Assembly: GCA_037439545.1 (NCBI GenBank)
Contig: JBBIVV010000006.1
Location: 1 to 28,374 of the forward strand
From: a bacterium
GTDB lineage: Bacteria > JAMCPX01
Direction: 5' to 3'
DNA length: 28,374 nt
The notes beneath the pieces were generated by a model that was given only the letters and a program-made list of their open reading frames with translations, ran no database searches and was not told the origin of the DNA. This document shows positions 1 through 10,575 of the stretch, piece by piece. The position numbers were made by a program, and so were the translations under genes. Within the stretch, counting starts at the first letter, position 1. Every line of letters starts with the position of its first letter.

Positions 1-17
1 ACGGAAGGGACAAAAGG

Positions 18-45
18 TTGACACGGTGACTGTGTATGGTAAAAT
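18..45 (+). promoter_or_regulatory. sigma70-type promoter, probably giving a leaderless NUDIX mRNA
   Basis: TTGACA (18-23), 16 bp spacer, TG-g-TAAAAT (37-45); ATG at 52 follows the -10 by 6 nt; no SD. Confidence 0.75.
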
Positions 46-51
46 TTAATT

Positions 52-474
52 ATGACAACATACAAAAATCCAGTACCGACTGTGGATATTATCATAGAGA
101 TCGATGGCAAGATCATCCTGATAGAGAGAAAGAACCCGCCCTATGGATGGGCTATACCCGGCGGGTTTGTGGATTACGGTGAATCGCTCGAAGACGCTGC
201 AACAAGAGAGGCACTTGAAGAAACCTCGGTCAAGGTAGAGCTTTACGAGCAATTTTATACCTATTCAAGGCCTGACCGTGACCCGCGACATCATACGGTA
301 ACGACAGTTTTTCTTGCCAGAGCCATCAGTGGCACGCCAATGGCAGATGACGATGCAAAGTCACTTGAACTATTCACTTCTTCTTTACTTCCCGATAAGT
401 TAGCATTTGACCATAGAATAATACTCACGGATTATTTTACCTATAAAAAAACAGGAAAGAGGCCTAAACCTTGA
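52..474 (+). CDS. NUDIX hydrolase (ADP-ribose pyrophosphatase/MutT-like)
   Basis: Nudix box [26 protein letters not shown] and LAFDH motifs. Confidence 0.92.
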   Translation: MTTYKNPVPTVDIIIEIDGKIILIERKNPPYGWAIPGGFVDYGESLEDAATREALEETSVKVELYEQFYTYSRPDRDPRHHTVTTVFLARAISGTPMADDDAKSLELFTSSLLPDKLAFDHRIILTDYFTYKKTGKRPKP

Positions 475-483
475 TGTTTTCTC

Positions 484-546
484 GTCATTCCCATGAAAAT
501 GGGAATCCAGAATTATTTCCATGGATTTCTGCTTCTGCGTGAATAA
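484..546. repeat. REP-like palindromic element, degenerate right half
   Basis: GTCATTCCCATGAAAATGGGAATCCAG, spacer, then TGGATTTCTGCTTCTGCGTGAATAA; resembles the GTCATTCCCGCG..GCGGGAATCCAG..CTGGATTCCCGC..GCGGGAATGAC repeat class. Confidence 0.7.
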
Positions 547-569
547 AACTAAAAGAAGGATGATAACAT

Positions 570-1136
570 ATGACCGAATTGAATATAGACGAACAAAAAG
601 AACTTTTAACTGTTGCGCGAAAAGCCATAAGTTCCTATTTAAGAAAAGGCTTCATTCCCGAGTATAAAACAAACGATGTAAACCTGCTCAGAAAGGCAGG
701 AGCATTCGTCACCCTCAATAGCAATCACCGGCTGCGCGGATGTATTGGCAACTTTTTTTCCAATGACCCCCTCTATAAGAACGTCCAGTTGATGGCTATT
801 GCTGCAGCAGTCGATGACCCGAGATTCAGGCAGGTCACTTCGGAAGAGGTAGGGCTTATCGAGATAGAGATCTCCGTTTTATCTGAGCTTGAAACCGTAA
901 AATCCCTCGATGAGATCAAGGTTGGGATGCACGGGCTTTATGTTACCAAGGGTCTTTACAGGGGGGTTCTTCTGCCCCAGGTTGCAACTGAATACGGATG
1001 GGACCGGGACACGTTTCTCAGTGAAACCTGCATGAAGGCAGGCTTACCTGAAGATGAGTGGAAAAAAGGTGATATAAAAATTGAAAAATTCAGCGCCCAG
1101 GTCTTTAACGAAAAAGAGGTATTCGGACGCGAATGA
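570..1136 (+). CDS. AMMECR1-domain protein (AmmeMemoRadiSam system protein A)
   Basis: GAFVTL, LRGCIG, DPRF, IEISVLS, GVLLPQV and KAGL motifs; AAGGA SD upstream. Confidence 0.93.
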   Translation: MTELNIDEQKELLTVARKAISSYLRKGFIPEYKTNDVNLLRKAGAFVTLNSNHRLRGCIGNFFSNDPLYKNVQLMAIAAAVDDPRFRQVTSEEVGLIEIEISVLSELETVKSLDEIKVGMHGLYVTKGLYRGVLLPQVATEYGWDRDTFLSETCMKAGLPEDEWKKGDIKIEKFSAQVFNEKEVFGRE

Positions 1137-1137
1137 G

Positions 1138-2028
1138 TTAAGGCTGTTTCTGTCTTACTTCATCTAATACGGAGAGTATTTTGGGAGAGGTATCTCTCAT
1201 ATTAAGGTGAAATTTCGGATCGAGCTTCAAGATTACCATGAATTCCCGTTTCGCGGCTACAGTTTCATCGAGAGCTATGTAATTGAAGGCCATGTATTCG
1301 TGTATCTTCACCATGTCCATTCTCAGGATCATAGTTTCGCCCAGCTTGAGAGTGATGCCGCTCAGCCTGTCAATCGATGCTTTGTACTCTCCTTCGTTGT
1401 ATTCGGCGACGGCACCATTCAAATCTCCCGAGTACAGGGAAGGATTGATTTTCTTCGCTTCAATGTGCGGGATATTTTTCTCTTCCCTGTATTTCACTCT
1501 CTCTGCCATAAGTGGAATGGTGAGTCTCTTTCCCGCTCTGATGTCGCCGAGACTTTTGAGCCTGTTATAATCTTTGAGGAAAACGGCATCTTTTTTGTCC
1601 CCGAGATACCTTTCAGCGATACTGCCCAGGGTGTCCCCCCGTTCAACACGATAGAACACTTCAAAGGGGATTCTGATAATGGTGCCTGGTACAAGTACCT
1701 TCTTTTCATCCATACCGTTGAGTGTTGCCAGAGCATTCGATTTCCTTGGGTCTTTGAGATACTTTTTTGCAAGGTCTCTGAAGGTCTCCCTTTTTTTAAC
1801 CCTATGGATAGTAACAAACGGTATAAGGATAGTCTTGCCCGTTTTCAATGATTTCCTCGGATCAATATGATTTACGATAATGATGTAGAGGTCTTTTCTT
1901 GCATCACCATAGTATGATCTCGCGATAGCAGGAATTGTTTCACCGGGTTTTACCCTATGCCGGATGACCGATGCAAAGGCAGTCGAAACGCTGAGCAGGA
2001 CAATGATAAAACAAAAAAATCTCTTCAT
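1138..2028 (-). CDS. Secreted protein with three LysM domains and a C-terminal TPR-like helical domain
   Basis: Signal peptide ending AFA; repeats HRVKPGETIPAIARSYY, HRVKKRETFRDLAKKYL, YRVERGDTLGSIAERYL; C-terminal AKREFMVILKLDPKF..SPKI. Confidence 0.88.
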   Translation of the reverse strand: MKRFFCFIIVLLSVSTAFASVIRHRVKPGETIPAIARSYYGDARKDLYIIIVNHIDPRKSLKTGKTILIPFVTIHRVKKRETFRDLAKKYLKDPRKSNALATLNGMDEKKVLVPGTIIRIPFEVFYRVERGDTLGSIAERYLGDKKDAVFLKDYNRLKSLGDIRAGKRLTIPLMAERVKYREEKNIPHIEAKKINPSLYSGDLNGAVAEYNEGEYKASIDRLSGITLKLGETMILRMDMVKIHEYMAFNYIALDETVAAKREFMVILKLDPKFHLNMRDTSPKILSVLDEVRQKQP

Positions 2029-3644
2029 TACTTTTTCTTTCCCATCTTCAGATCAGCCTTGACAAGGTTGATCTGATTGCTGGAAACCTCAATAATTCTG
2101 AGGACAGGTTTATAATAGGGATTCTTCAACATCACCTTATGCTTTCCTGCTGTAACCAGAAAATTTTTGTCGGTCGGGGTAATGCCGACTTTCTCTCCGT
2201 CAATGTAGATCTCTGCCCATGGCAGGACAACGACCCTGACGTAACCAAATTTTTGTTTAACAGGAGGTGCAGGCACCACTGCCGCGGATGGAAGCATAGC
2301 TGTGACTGATTGCGGTACTGCGGTTTTGGTAAGAGGCATTGCTGCATGGGATAGTGTTGTCACGGTCAACTGCAGTACTGTTTCACCGGATACGGGCATC
2401 ACTGCATGAGACGCTGTTGTCATGGTCAACTGCAGTGCTTTTACGGGCACGGGCATTGCTGCATGAGACACGGTGGTCATGGCACGCAGTACCGTTTCAC
2501 CGGATACCTGCATTGCTGTTTGCGGCACTATGACAGCAGGATTTGTCAGGGATTCGCCTGATTCGCCTGTCTTAAGCGATAATTCTTTTATAGTTTCAGG
2601 TCTACTGCTCATCAGGAATACAAAACCTCCTGCTATGATAATCGCCGTAATAAGAACTGCAGATACCAGCCATACTACCTTCTTTCCCGGCATTCCCTGC
2701 ACAGGCTGGTGTCTGACTATGGTTTTTGCTCCGTCGGGTAAAAATCCATTTTTATCCAAAAGGAAATTCTTCAAGACCAAGGAAAAATCTTTTCCCCTGT
2801 TCTCTTGCTCTGCCAAGAAAAGAAGATATGCCTTTAGCTTTTGAAGCGTGGGCCTCTTTTCCGGTTTGATCTTCAGGCACTGGTTAATCAATCTTCTGAG
2901 TTTCCATGGTACTAATTTTTTAAATTGGTCTGTTTCAGGAGTTCTCTTCCCTTTTCTGACGCTTGCCAGCAGCGTGGATTGGCCGCGTTCTGCAAAGGCT
3001 TTTTTACCGGAAAAGATCTCATAGAGCACGCACCCGAAAGACCATATGTCCGATGAAGGGTCGGCCGGCTTCCCGTCTATCTGCTCCGGAGACATATATG
3101 ACGGCGTCCCCATGGCGAGCCCTACCCTGGTGAGATCCTTGCCGCCGAGCTCTTCCTCTATGTGAGCGATGCCGAAATCCGTAAGCTTAACTTTTCCTTC
3201 CCTTGAGATAAGTATGTTTGGCGGTTTCAAGTCCCTGTGCACGATCCCTCTTTCATGGGCGTATTCCAGCACTCTTGCAATATTGGAGGCGACAATGAGA
3301 CCGATGTTCAGTGGCAGATGACCGCTCCTCTCGAGGATCCCAGAAAGGTCTGACCCGTCCAGATATTCCATGGCAATATAATAAGACCCGTTCTTGTACC
3401 AGAACTCTATTACGTTGACGATGTTCTCGTGCTGGAGCCTGGCGACTGCCTTTGCCTCCTGCTCGAAGCGGGCAACAATATCCTTGTCCTCTTTGAATGC
3501 GGTCTTGAGTTCCTTGATAACGACAAGACGGTCAAGGGTAGTCTGTCTGGCTTTATAGATGACAGCCATTCCACCGGAAGCGATTTGTTCCAGGATCTCA
3601 AAATTTCCTATTTTTGTGCCTGTACTGCCTTTTTCTTTGTCCAT
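2028..3644 (-). CDS. Hanks-type membrane Ser/Thr kinase with TM helix, Thr/Ala/Pro-rich linker and C-terminal PEGA-like domain
   Basis: ASGGMAVIY, VVIK, HRDLKPPN, DFG, GTPSYMSPEQ, DIWSFG; TM VVWLVSAVLITAIIIAGGFVFLM; PWAEIYIDG..G.TP..AGKHKV; TAATG overlap with the LysM gene. Confidence 0.93.
   Translation of the reverse strand: MDKEKGSTGTKIGNFEILEQIASGGMAVIYKARQTTLDRLVVIKELKTAFKEDKDIVARFEQEAKAVARLQHENIVNVIEFWYKNGSYYIAMEYLDGSDLSGILERSGHLPLNIGLIVASNIARVLEYAHERGIVHRDLKPPNILISREGKVKLTDFGIAHIEEELGGKDLTRVGLAMGTPSYMSPEQIDGKPADPSSDIWSFGCVLYEIFSGKKAFAERGQSTLLASVRKGKRTPETDQFKKLVPWKLRRLINQCLKIKPEKRPTLQKLKAYLLFLAEQENRGKDFSLVLKNFLLDKNGFLPDGAKTIVRHQPVQGMPGKKVVWLVSAVLITAIIIAGGFVFLMSSRPETIKELSLKTGESGESLTNPAVIVPQTAMQVSGETVLRAMTTVSHAAMPVPVKALQLTMTTASHAVMPVSGETVLQLTVTTLSHAAMPLTKTAVPQSVTAMLPSAAVVPAPPVKQKFGYVRVVVLPWAEIYIDGEKVGITPTDKNFLVTAGKHKVMLKNPYYKPVLRIIEVSSNQINLVKADLKMGKKK
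2335..2518. repeat. Intragenic tandem repeat, about three units of 57-60 bp
   Basis: Units start GGCATT/GGCATC at 2335, 2395 and 2452; they encode (VSGETVLQL)TxTTxSHAxMP. Confidence 0.9.
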
Positions 3645-3737
3645 AATTAACTTTTTCTGTAATTAATTTTTATTGATACAAAGAATAATCCCCTCATGCG
3701 CAGCGGTTTATTTATCAAATACTAACACAGATTAATT

Positions 3738-3761
3738 CCCTCCCCCTGCTACGGGAGAGGG
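3738..3761. terminator. GC-rich hairpin downstream of ilvC (terminator or REP-like)
   Basis: CCCTCCCCC-tgctac-GGGAGAGGG 13 nt past the ilvC stop; no clear U tract. Confidence 0.55.
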
Positions 3762-3774
3762 ATTGAGATAAAAG

Positions 3775-4791
3775 TTAATTCTTGTTTTTATCGACGAGCT
3801 TTTCTTTCTGTAACCATGGCATCATCTTTCTAAGGTTCTGCCCTGTTTTTTCAGCAAGATGCTCTTCCCCCTTCCTTGTAAGGGCATTGAACACCGGCAG
3901 GTTCGCCTTTTTTTCAAGTATCCATTCTTTGGCAAAGCTGCCATCCTGAATCTCTTTCAGTATTGATTTCATCTCAGCCTTTACTGCATCGCTGATGACC
4001 CTCGGTCCCCTTGTCAGATCTCCGAATTGTGCCGTATTGCTGACAGAGTAACGCATATTGGACATGCCTCCCTCGTAAATGAGATCGACAATAAGCTTCA
4101 TCTCGTGGATACATTCGAAATATGCCATCTCAGGCGCATATCCTGCATTTACAAGCGTTTCAAATCCTCCGAGCATAAGTGAGGTAACTCCGCCGCACAA
4201 TACAGCCTGCTCGCCGAACAGATCCGTCTCTGTTTCTTCCTTGAAGGTCGTTTCGATGATACCTGCCCTGCCTGCGCCAATACCGGCTGCATAGGCAAGC
4301 CCTACTTCTTTCGTGTCACCGGAAGGGTCCTGATGTATGGCGAGTAATGAGGGCACTCCCCTGCCTTTTGCGTATTCACCTCTTACGAGATGTCCCGGGC
4401 CCTTGGGAGCTACCATAAAAACATTAACATCCGGCGGCGGAACAATCTGTCCGTAATGAATATTGAATCCGTGAGCAAATGCGAGATACATTCCTTTTTT
4501 AAGGTTCGGCTCTATTTCAGTTTTATAAATATCTGCCTGCAGTTCATCCGGGAGCAGAATCATTACAATATCAGCCTGTTTTACCGCTTCTGCAACAGTA
4601 ACTACTTTAAACCCTGCGGATTCAGCCTTTGCCCATACATTACTTCCTTTTCTGTCGCTGACGATAACATTTATTTTGCTATCCCTGAGATTATTTGAAT
4701 GACCGAACCCCTGGCTTCCATAGCCGAGAATGGCCACCGTTTTACCTTTAAGCGGTTTTATATCAATATCCTTTTCGTAATAAACTTTCAT
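3775..4791 (-). CDS. ilvC: Ketol-acid reductoisomerase
   Basis: [54 protein letters not shown]. Confidence 0.98.
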   Translation of the reverse strand: MKVYYEKDIDIKPLKGKTVAILGYGSQGFGHSNNLRDSKINVIVSDRKGSNVWAKAESAGFKVVTVAEAVKQADIVMILLPDELQADIYKTEIEPNLKKGMYLAFAHGFNIHYGQIVPPPDVNVFMVAPKGPGHLVRGEYAKGRGVPSLLAIHQDPSGDTKEVGLAYAAGIGAGRAGIIETTFKEETETDLFGEQAVLCGGVTSLMLGGFETLVNAGYAPEMAYFECIHEMKLIVDLIYEGGMSNMRYSVSNTAQFGDLTRGPRVISDAVKAEMKSILKEIQDGSFAKEWILEKKANLPVFNALTRKGEEHLAEKTGQNLRKMMPWLQKEKLVDKNKN

Positions 4792-4812
4792 ACTGCCTCC
4801 TTTTATAGTGTT

Positions 4813-5310
4813 TTAATTTTTATCTTTATTCTGCTGGATTGATCTCTGCATCGCAACCTTGCCAGTCCTGACTATATCCTTTACGCCGAGCGGTTTCAGA
4901 AGATTGAGAACAGCCCCGATCTTCTCCTCGTCACCTGTGAGCTCGATAACAAAGGTATCGGGACTTACATCCACGATCTTTCCTCTGAATATATCCACGA
5001 GCCTGAGCACCTCTGTCCTGTTCTCGCCGCTTGCAGAAACTTTAATAAGGACCATCTCCCGTTCGACATGCTCGGTAACGGTCAGATCCGTGACCTTAAT
5101 CGTATTCACCAGTTTGTTGAGCTGTTTTATGATCTGTTCGATGATCTTGTCATCTCCGCTCGTCACTATGGTCATCTTCGATGTTTCCGGATCGAGGGTT
5201 TCTGCGACACTCAGGCTTTCGATATTGTAGCCCCTGCCGCTGAACAATCCTGCGACCCTTGTAAGAACTCCGAATTTATTCTCTACGGTAAGCGATATTG
5301 TATGTCTCAT
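4813..5310 (-). CDS. ilvN: Acetolactate synthase small regulatory subunit
   Basis: ACT domain [34 protein letters not shown]. Confidence 0.97.
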   Translation of the reverse strand: MRHTISLTVENKFGVLTRVAGLFSGRGYNIESLSVAETLDPETSKMTIVTSGDDKIIEQIIKQLNKLVNTIKVTDLTVTEHVEREMVLIKVSASGENRTEVLRLVDIFRGKIVDVSPDTFVIELTGDEEKIGAVLNLLKPLGVKDIVRTGKVAMQRSIQQNKDKN

Positions 5311-5319
5311 TTTTCACCC

Positions 5320-7008
5320 CTAAGCCAATAACATTTTCTTAAGTGCTGCACCCGAAGGCACCATCGGATAAACATCCTCTTCTTCCTCGACATGGAAATC
5401 GATGAGGACAGGGAGTTTGCTCTTCAACGCCTCTTTCAATACACGGGTGACATCGGCTTCGCTTTCTACGGCATACCCTTTTGCGCCATACGCATCGGCA
5501 AGTTTCACGAAATCGGGCTTATGCATCATGTCCGTATGCGAATATCTCTTGCCGTAAAAAAGGCTCTGCCACTGCCTGACCATCCCGAGGTAATTGTTGT
5601 TCAGAATAGCGACGACAACGTTCACCTTGTATTGCACTGCTGTTGCAAGCTCCTGAATATTCATCTGTATGCTTCCGTCACCGGCAACATCGATAACCGG
5701 CATATCGGGCATAGCTATCTTTGCACCGATTGCTGCAGGAAATCCGTAGCCCATCGTTCCAAGTCCGCCCGACGTAACGAACGTCCTTGGACTTTTGAAT
5801 TTATAAAATTGTGCTGTCCACATCTGGTTCTGACCGACCTCTGTCGTTATGACGGCATTACCCTTTGTCAGTTCGTAAAGCTTCTCTATGACATACTGCG
5901 GTTTCAGTTTTCCCGTTTTCTTATAGACAAGCGGGTGTGACTCCTTCCACTGGTTTACCAGTGTTTTCCAGTCCTCAACTTCTTTGACGAACGACTTCAG
6001 TCTCTTGTCCCGCTTCAAAAGTTTGTTCATCTCGGCAAGAACGTATCTTGCATTACCGACAATAGGAATGTCCACTTCGACATTCTTACTGATCGATGTC
6101 GGGTCAATATCGATATGTACGATATTTGCATCAGGTGCAAATTCATTGACGTCGCCGGTTACACGATCATCGAACCGTGCCCCTATGGCAATAAGCATAT
6201 CGGTATGCGTCACAGCCATATTGGCAGCATACGTGCCGTGCATGCCGAGCATGCCCATGAAGAGGGGGTGTTCACCGGGAAACCCGCCGAGCCCCATGAG
6301 CGTATTGGTTATGGGTGAGTTCAAAAGCTCGGTAAAAGTAAAGAGCTCTTCTGAAGCACCGGAACTTATAATACCGCCGCCTGTATAGATAACCGGCTTT
6401 TTGGAAGCAAGGATCATATCTATTGCACGTTTAATCTGTCCTGTATGTCCCTCGTATATCGGTTTATAACCAGGCAGTTCAATAGTATCCGGGTAAGAAA
6501 ACTCCGCAGTATCGATTGTTACGTCTTTTGGTATGTCGACAACGACAGGTCCGGGCCTGCCTGTCCTCGCTATGTAGAAAGCCTCTTTTATTGTCCTCGC
6601 CATATCTTTAACGTTTTTTATAAGAAAGTTATGTTTGGTGCATGATCTCGTTATGCCGACAATATCGGCTTCCTGAAAAGCATCATTGCCTACAAGGCTG
6701 GTGGGGACCTGTCCCGTAAAAACGACTATAGGTATAGAATCCATGTATGCGGTCGCCAATCCTGTTACCGTGTTCGTAGCCCCCGGACCTGAGGTAACAA
6801 GAGCCACCCCGACTTTCCCGGTTACCCGTGCATAGCCGTCTGCCATGTGTGCAGCACCCTGTTCATGTCTTACAAGGATGTGTTTTATGTCGCTATGATA
6901 CAGTTCATCGTATATATACAGCACCACTCCGCCGGGATATCCGAAAATAGTATCCACACCCTCTTTTTTAAGGCATTCGAGAAATATCTTTGCGCCATTC
7001 ATCTTCAT
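5320..7008 (-). CDS. ilvB: Acetolactate synthase large subunit, biosynthetic type
   Basis: [29 protein letters not shown], ThDP motif [10 protein letters not shown]. Confidence 0.98.
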   Translation of the reverse strand: MKMNGAKIFLECLKKEGVDTIFGYPGGVVLYIYDELYHSDIKHILVRHEQGAAHMADGYARVTGKVGVALVTSGPGATNTVTGLATAYMDSIPIVVFTGQVPTSLVGNDAFQEADIVGITRSCTKHNFLIKNVKDMARTIKEAFYIARTGRPGPVVVDIPKDVTIDTAEFSYPDTIELPGYKPIYEGHTGQIKRAIDMILASKKPVIYTGGGIISSGASEELFTFTELLNSPITNTLMGLGGFPGEHPLFMGMLGMHGTYAANMAVTHTDMLIAIGARFDDRVTGDVNEFAPDANIVHIDIDPTSISKNVEVDIPIVGNARYVLAEMNKLLKRDKRLKSFVKEVEDWKTLVNQWKESHPLVYKKTGKLKPQYVIEKLYELTKGNAVITTEVGQNQMWTAQFYKFKSPRTFVTSGGLGTMGYGFPAAIGAKIAMPDMPVIDVAGDGSIQMNIQELATAVQYKVNVVVAILNNNYLGMVRQWQSLFYGKRYSHTDMMHKPDFVKLADAYGAKGYAVESEADVTRVLKEALKSKLPVLIDFHVEEEEDVYPMVPSGAALKKMLLA

Positions 7009-7126
7009 TTGCTCTATATCCTTTCCTGTAATCTATGTATTTATAATAAACAGGCAACCTTATTCTTAACCTATCCGCTGAATTCCCCTGACTCACTTCT
7101 TACACTATTTTTCAAATGCAGTTTCC

Positions 7127-8779
7127 TCACTCCAGCACAGCACCCGTATTGGCCGATGTTACCAGTCTTGCATACCGTGCAAGCCATCCCTTCTTAAACC
7201 TCGGCTCCGGCGGCTTGAATCCTTCTCGTCTCTTGCTCATTTCAGAGTCACTGATATCGAGAACAATGGATTTTTTCTTAAGGTCTATGATGATCGTATC
7301 ACCGTCCTTCACGAGCCCTATCGCCCCTCCTGCAGCCGCTTCCGGAGAAACATGGCCTATGGAAAGTCCCCTGGTGCCGCCCGAGAACCTGCCGTCCGTA
7401 ATCAATGCCACCTTTTCTCCCATACCCATGCCTGAAATTGCCGATGTCGGGGAAAGCATCTCGCGCATACCGGGACCGCCCTTGGGTCCCTCGTATCGTA
7501 TAATAATTGCATCATTTACCTGTATCTGTTTACCCATGATCGCCTTCATTGCATCCTGTTCAGAATCAAAGACCCTTGCCCTGCCCTTGAAGTATTCAAG
7601 AGACGCCTGAATGCCTGCAACCTTTATTACAGCTCCGTCCGGCGCAAGATTGCCCTTTAATAAGGCAATTCCTCCGCTTTTGCTGTACGCTTTTTCGATG
7701 GGCTTTATGACTTCATTGTCATAAACAGCGCCTCTTCTTGCAAGCTCGAGTATGGATGGTCCCGTGACCGTGGGACTATCTTTCAACATGTCTTTCAGCC
7801 TGTTCAGGACAGCAGGGATACCGCCTGCATATTCAATGTCTTCCATCATATAATCGCCCGAAGGCCTTATGCGCGTGATATTCGGCGTTTCACTGCTGAT
7901 CTTATCGAACATTTCAAGAGGAAGTTCTATGCCTGCTTCATGTGCTATCGCAGTGATATGGAGTATAGTGTTCGTAGAGCCGCCGAGAGCCATATCGACC
8001 CGTATCGCATTTTCAAACGCGTTCTTCGTCATGATCTGCTTTGCCGTAACGTTCTTTTTTACAAGCTCAACGATCTTTTCTCCTGTCTGAAATGCAAGAT
8101 GCCTTTTCTTTGACGATACGGCAAGTGCAGTGCCTCCGCCGTACAAAGACATGCCGAGCGCCTCTGTAAGACACGCCATGGTATTTGCGGTAAAAAGCCC
8201 CTGACACGAGCCTTCGCCAGGACATGAGCCGATCTCCATTGCAACAACATCGTCTTCCGTAAGCTCGCCCCTGTTGTATTTGCCCACAGCCTCGAATGCA
8301 TCATGGACGAGATCGAGCCTCTCATGTTTATATCTGCCGGAGAGCATAGGACCTGCGGTAAGCACAATAGCGGGTATATCCAATCGTGCGGCAGCCATGA
8401 GCATACCCGGTGTAATCTTATCGCAGTTCGTAAGCAGTATCATGCCGTCGAGCCTGTGTGCCGAGATAACGGTTTCGATCGAATCGGCTATTAGCTCCCG
8501 TATGGGCAGAGAGAAATGCATACCGATGTGTCCCATTGCTATACCGTCGCATATGCCAGGAATACCAAAGAGAAACGGATGCCCTCCTCCTGAATACACC
8601 CCGTTTTCGAGAAACCGCTCAAGCGTTCTCATGCCGACATGTCCCGGAATCAGATCGGTAAAACTCGATGCTATGCCGATAAACGGCTTTTCAAACTCGG
8701 ATCGTGCAACTCCTGTTGCGTGCATCAATGCACGGTGCGGTACTCTTTCAATGCCTTTTTTGATTTCATCGCTTCGCAT
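7127..8779 (-). CDS. ilvD: Dihydroxy-acid dehydratase (likely start ATG 8779 rather than TTG 8788)
   Basis: ICDG, NCDK and GSCQG Fe-S cysteines; [30 protein letters not shown] before ATG 8779. Confidence 0.97.
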   Translation of the reverse strand: MRSDEIKKGIERVPHRALMHATGVARSEFEKPFIGIASSFTDLIPGHVGMRTLERFLENGVYSGGGHPFLFGIPGICDGIAMGHIGMHFSLPIRELIADSIETVISAHRLDGMILLTNCDKITPGMLMAAARLDIPAIVLTAGPMLSGRYKHERLDLVHDAFEAVGKYNRGELTEDDVVAMEIGSCPGEGSCQGLFTANTMACLTEALGMSLYGGGTALAVSSKKRHLAFQTGEKIVELVKKNVTAKQIMTKNAFENAIRVDMALGGSTNTILHITAIAHEAGIELPLEMFDKISSETPNITRIRPSGDYMMEDIEYAGGIPAVLNRLKDMLKDSPTVTGPSILELARRGAVYDNEVIKPIEKAYSKSGGIALLKGNLAPDGAVIKVAGIQASLEYFKGRARVFDSEQDAMKAIMGKQIQVNDAIIIRYEGPKGGPGMREMLSPTSAISGMGMGEKVALITDGRFSGGTRGLSIGHVSPEAAAGGAIGLVKDGDTIIIDLKKKSIVLDISDSEMSKRREGFKPPEPRFKKGWLARYARLVTSANTGAVLE

Positions 8780-8784
8780 GGAAA

Positions 8785-9015
8785 TCAATTCTCCTTTACC
8801 ATATACTGGGTCAGTATCTCGAATATTTTGTCTTTGCCCGAGAGTTTGAGCTTTTGCAGCCTTTTTTTCTCTATTTCATCTTCCGGCGTCAGGTGCTGTT
8901 TTTTTTCGAATTCTTTTAACTTTGTCTCATATCCGAGATGCTCGTCCCATAGTTTCTTTAACTCCGGGTTCTCATCCGAAAGCTTTAAAATAAGTAAACG
9001 CTCTTTTTCTTCCAC
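8785..9015 (-). CDS. DUF465/YdcH-family small coiled-coil protein
   Basis: [26 protein letters not shown] pattern; strong AGAGGAGG SD before GTG. Confidence 0.85.
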   Translation of the reverse strand: MEEKERLLILKLSDENPELKKLWDEHLGYETKLKEFEKKQHLTPEDEIEKKRLQKLKLSGKDKIFEILTQYMVKEN

Positions 9016-9050
9016 GGTAGTACCTCCTCTGATTAAAATTTATGCATAAA

Positions 9051-9079
9051 CTTATATGAAAGTATTAAGGAACTGTCAA
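9051..9079 (-). promoter_or_regulatory. sigma70-type promoter of the DUF465-ilv operon
   Basis: Minus strand TTGACA, 17 bp, TATAAG. Confidence 0.6.
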
Positions 9080-9121
9080 ATACAAATGAAGCAGATCTTA
9101 AGTTAAATCCGGGCTTAAAAA

Positions 9122-9820
9122 TCATGCACCAAGGTGCTCTATCTCATTTCTAACCCTGTCTATCAATGCTTCTTTCGTGTCCATGGTATAACCGGACATG
9201 CTGATAGGCTCTCCGACATTCAGTTTGATTGTTCCTGACTTGACATGCAATGAATGCGGAGGCAAAAGCTCGAAACTTCCTTTTACTGCCAGAGGGACGA
9301 TGGGTATGCCTGTTTCAAGGGCGAGTACAAAGCCGCCTTTTTTGAATTCACCCATTTTTCCCGAAATACTTCTTGTGCCTTCAGGAAATACAAGTACGGA
9401 TAATTTGTATTTTTCTATCATAACTATTGATTTTTCAATGCTTTTCTTTGCACTTTCAATATTTTTTCTGTCAATAACTATATGCCTTGACATATAAAGC
9501 GCCTGTCCGAATATGGGTATACTGATAAGCTCCTTCTTCATAAAAAACCTTATTCTAAATGGAAGGTTCGGTGCCCAGGCAACAGCATCAAGATGGCTCT
9601 GATGGTTGGACATAAATATATATGACTTGTTTTTATCGACATGTTCCAAACCTTTTATCTCGACTTTTATTCCGGCAGATAATCTAACAGCCTTAGCCCA
9701 TAATACGGCGCCGATATCATATACCCTGCCTCCCCTGTCGAATATCCCTGCCAGAGCGACGATTGAGCCGATTATTATGGTATTTATGACAATGAGCAAG
9801 AGGGTAATATATGATCTCAT
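9122..9820 (-). CDS. plsC: 1-acyl-sn-glycerol-3-phosphate acyltransferase, copy 2
   Basis: NHQSHLD and FPEGTRS motifs, FKKGGF. Confidence 0.9.
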   Translation of the reverse strand: MRSYITLLLIVINTIIIGSIVALAGIFDRGGRVYDIGAVLWAKAVRLSAGIKVEIKGLEHVDKNKSYIFMSNHQSHLDAVAWAPNLPFRIRFFMKKELISIPIFGQALYMSRHIVIDRKNIESAKKSIEKSIVMIEKYKLSVLVFPEGTRSISGKMGEFKKGGFVLALETGIPIVPLAVKGSFELLPPHSLHVKSGTIKLNVGEPISMSGYTMDTKEALIDRVRNEIEHLGA

Positions 9821-9822
9821 GA

Positions 9823-10551
9823 TTATGTTGCGGCTTTTTCTCCAAGTTTTTCTATATCGAATCTGACCTTATCCATGAGCTCTTGTTTATTTTCAACGCT
9901 ATAAGGGTGAACAGGTATAGGACTTCCGACCTTTATGTTTATCGTTCCCGATTGTATCAACAATGTGTGCGTGGGCAGCAACTGAAAACTACCCTGAATG
10001 GCAACGGGTACAACAGACAGGCCTGTTTCAATGGCAAGCACGAAGCCGCCTTTTTTGAATTCACCCATTTTCCCCGTCTTACTTCTTGTTCCTTCAGGAA
10101 ACACAAGTATGCTCAATCTCATTTTCTTTATTCTTTTTTTAGCATCGTTTATACTTTTCTTGGCACTGTCGGTGTTCTTTCTGTCTATGACCACGTGCTT
10201 TCCCATATATATCGCCTGACCGAATATGGGTATTTTTAATAGTTCTTTCTTTACGAAGAATCTTATTTTAAAAGGCAACCTTGCCATAAGAGCAGGTGTG
10301 TCAAGATGGCTCAGATGATTGGACATGAATATATAGGAAGTATTCCTCTCAAGATGATCAAGCCCCTCTATCTTTACTTTTACGCCTGCTCCAAGAAAAA
10401 TGGTATTTGACCATACCTTTGATATGAGATGATAGATGCTGCCGGTAACGTCGAACAATCCTGTTATGATGACCGCGATGCCGGAAATTACCGTGTCAAT
10501 AATAACAACGAGGATTGCAATATAAGGCCTTATAAACATACTCTTATTCAC
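9823..10551 (-). CDS. plsC: 1-acyl-sn-glycerol-3-phosphate acyltransferase, copy 1
   Basis: NHLSHLD and FPEGTRS motifs, FKKGGF. Confidence 0.9.
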   Translation of the reverse strand: MNKSMFIRPYIAILVVIIDTVISGIAVIITGLFDVTGSIYHLISKVWSNTIFLGAGVKVKIEGLDHLERNTSYIFMSNHLSHLDTPALMARLPFKIRFFVKKELLKIPIFGQAIYMGKHVVIDRKNTDSAKKSINDAKKRIKKMRLSILVFPEGTRSKTGKMGEFKKGGFVLAIETGLSVVPVAIQGSFQLLPTHTLLIQSGTINIKVGSPIPVHPYSVENKQELMDKVRFDIEKLGEKAAT

Positions 10552-10575
10552 GCGTCTATCGTTTCTCTTGAAAAT

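Noticed and set aside
2335..2518. Possible CRISPR array
   Set aside because: Repeats are contiguous, in frame inside a kinase, have no unique spacers, and no cas genes are present
3647..3697. 16-codon minus-strand ORF (MRGLFFVSIKINYRKS) ending 2 nt before the kinase start
   Set aside because: No SD or properly spaced promoter; plausible by chance in AT-rich DNA
7009..7126. Attenuator or riboswitch between ilvD and ilvB
   Set aside because: No leader peptide, T-box or terminator hairpin; only a weak possible promoter (TTGCCT-16-TAGATT)
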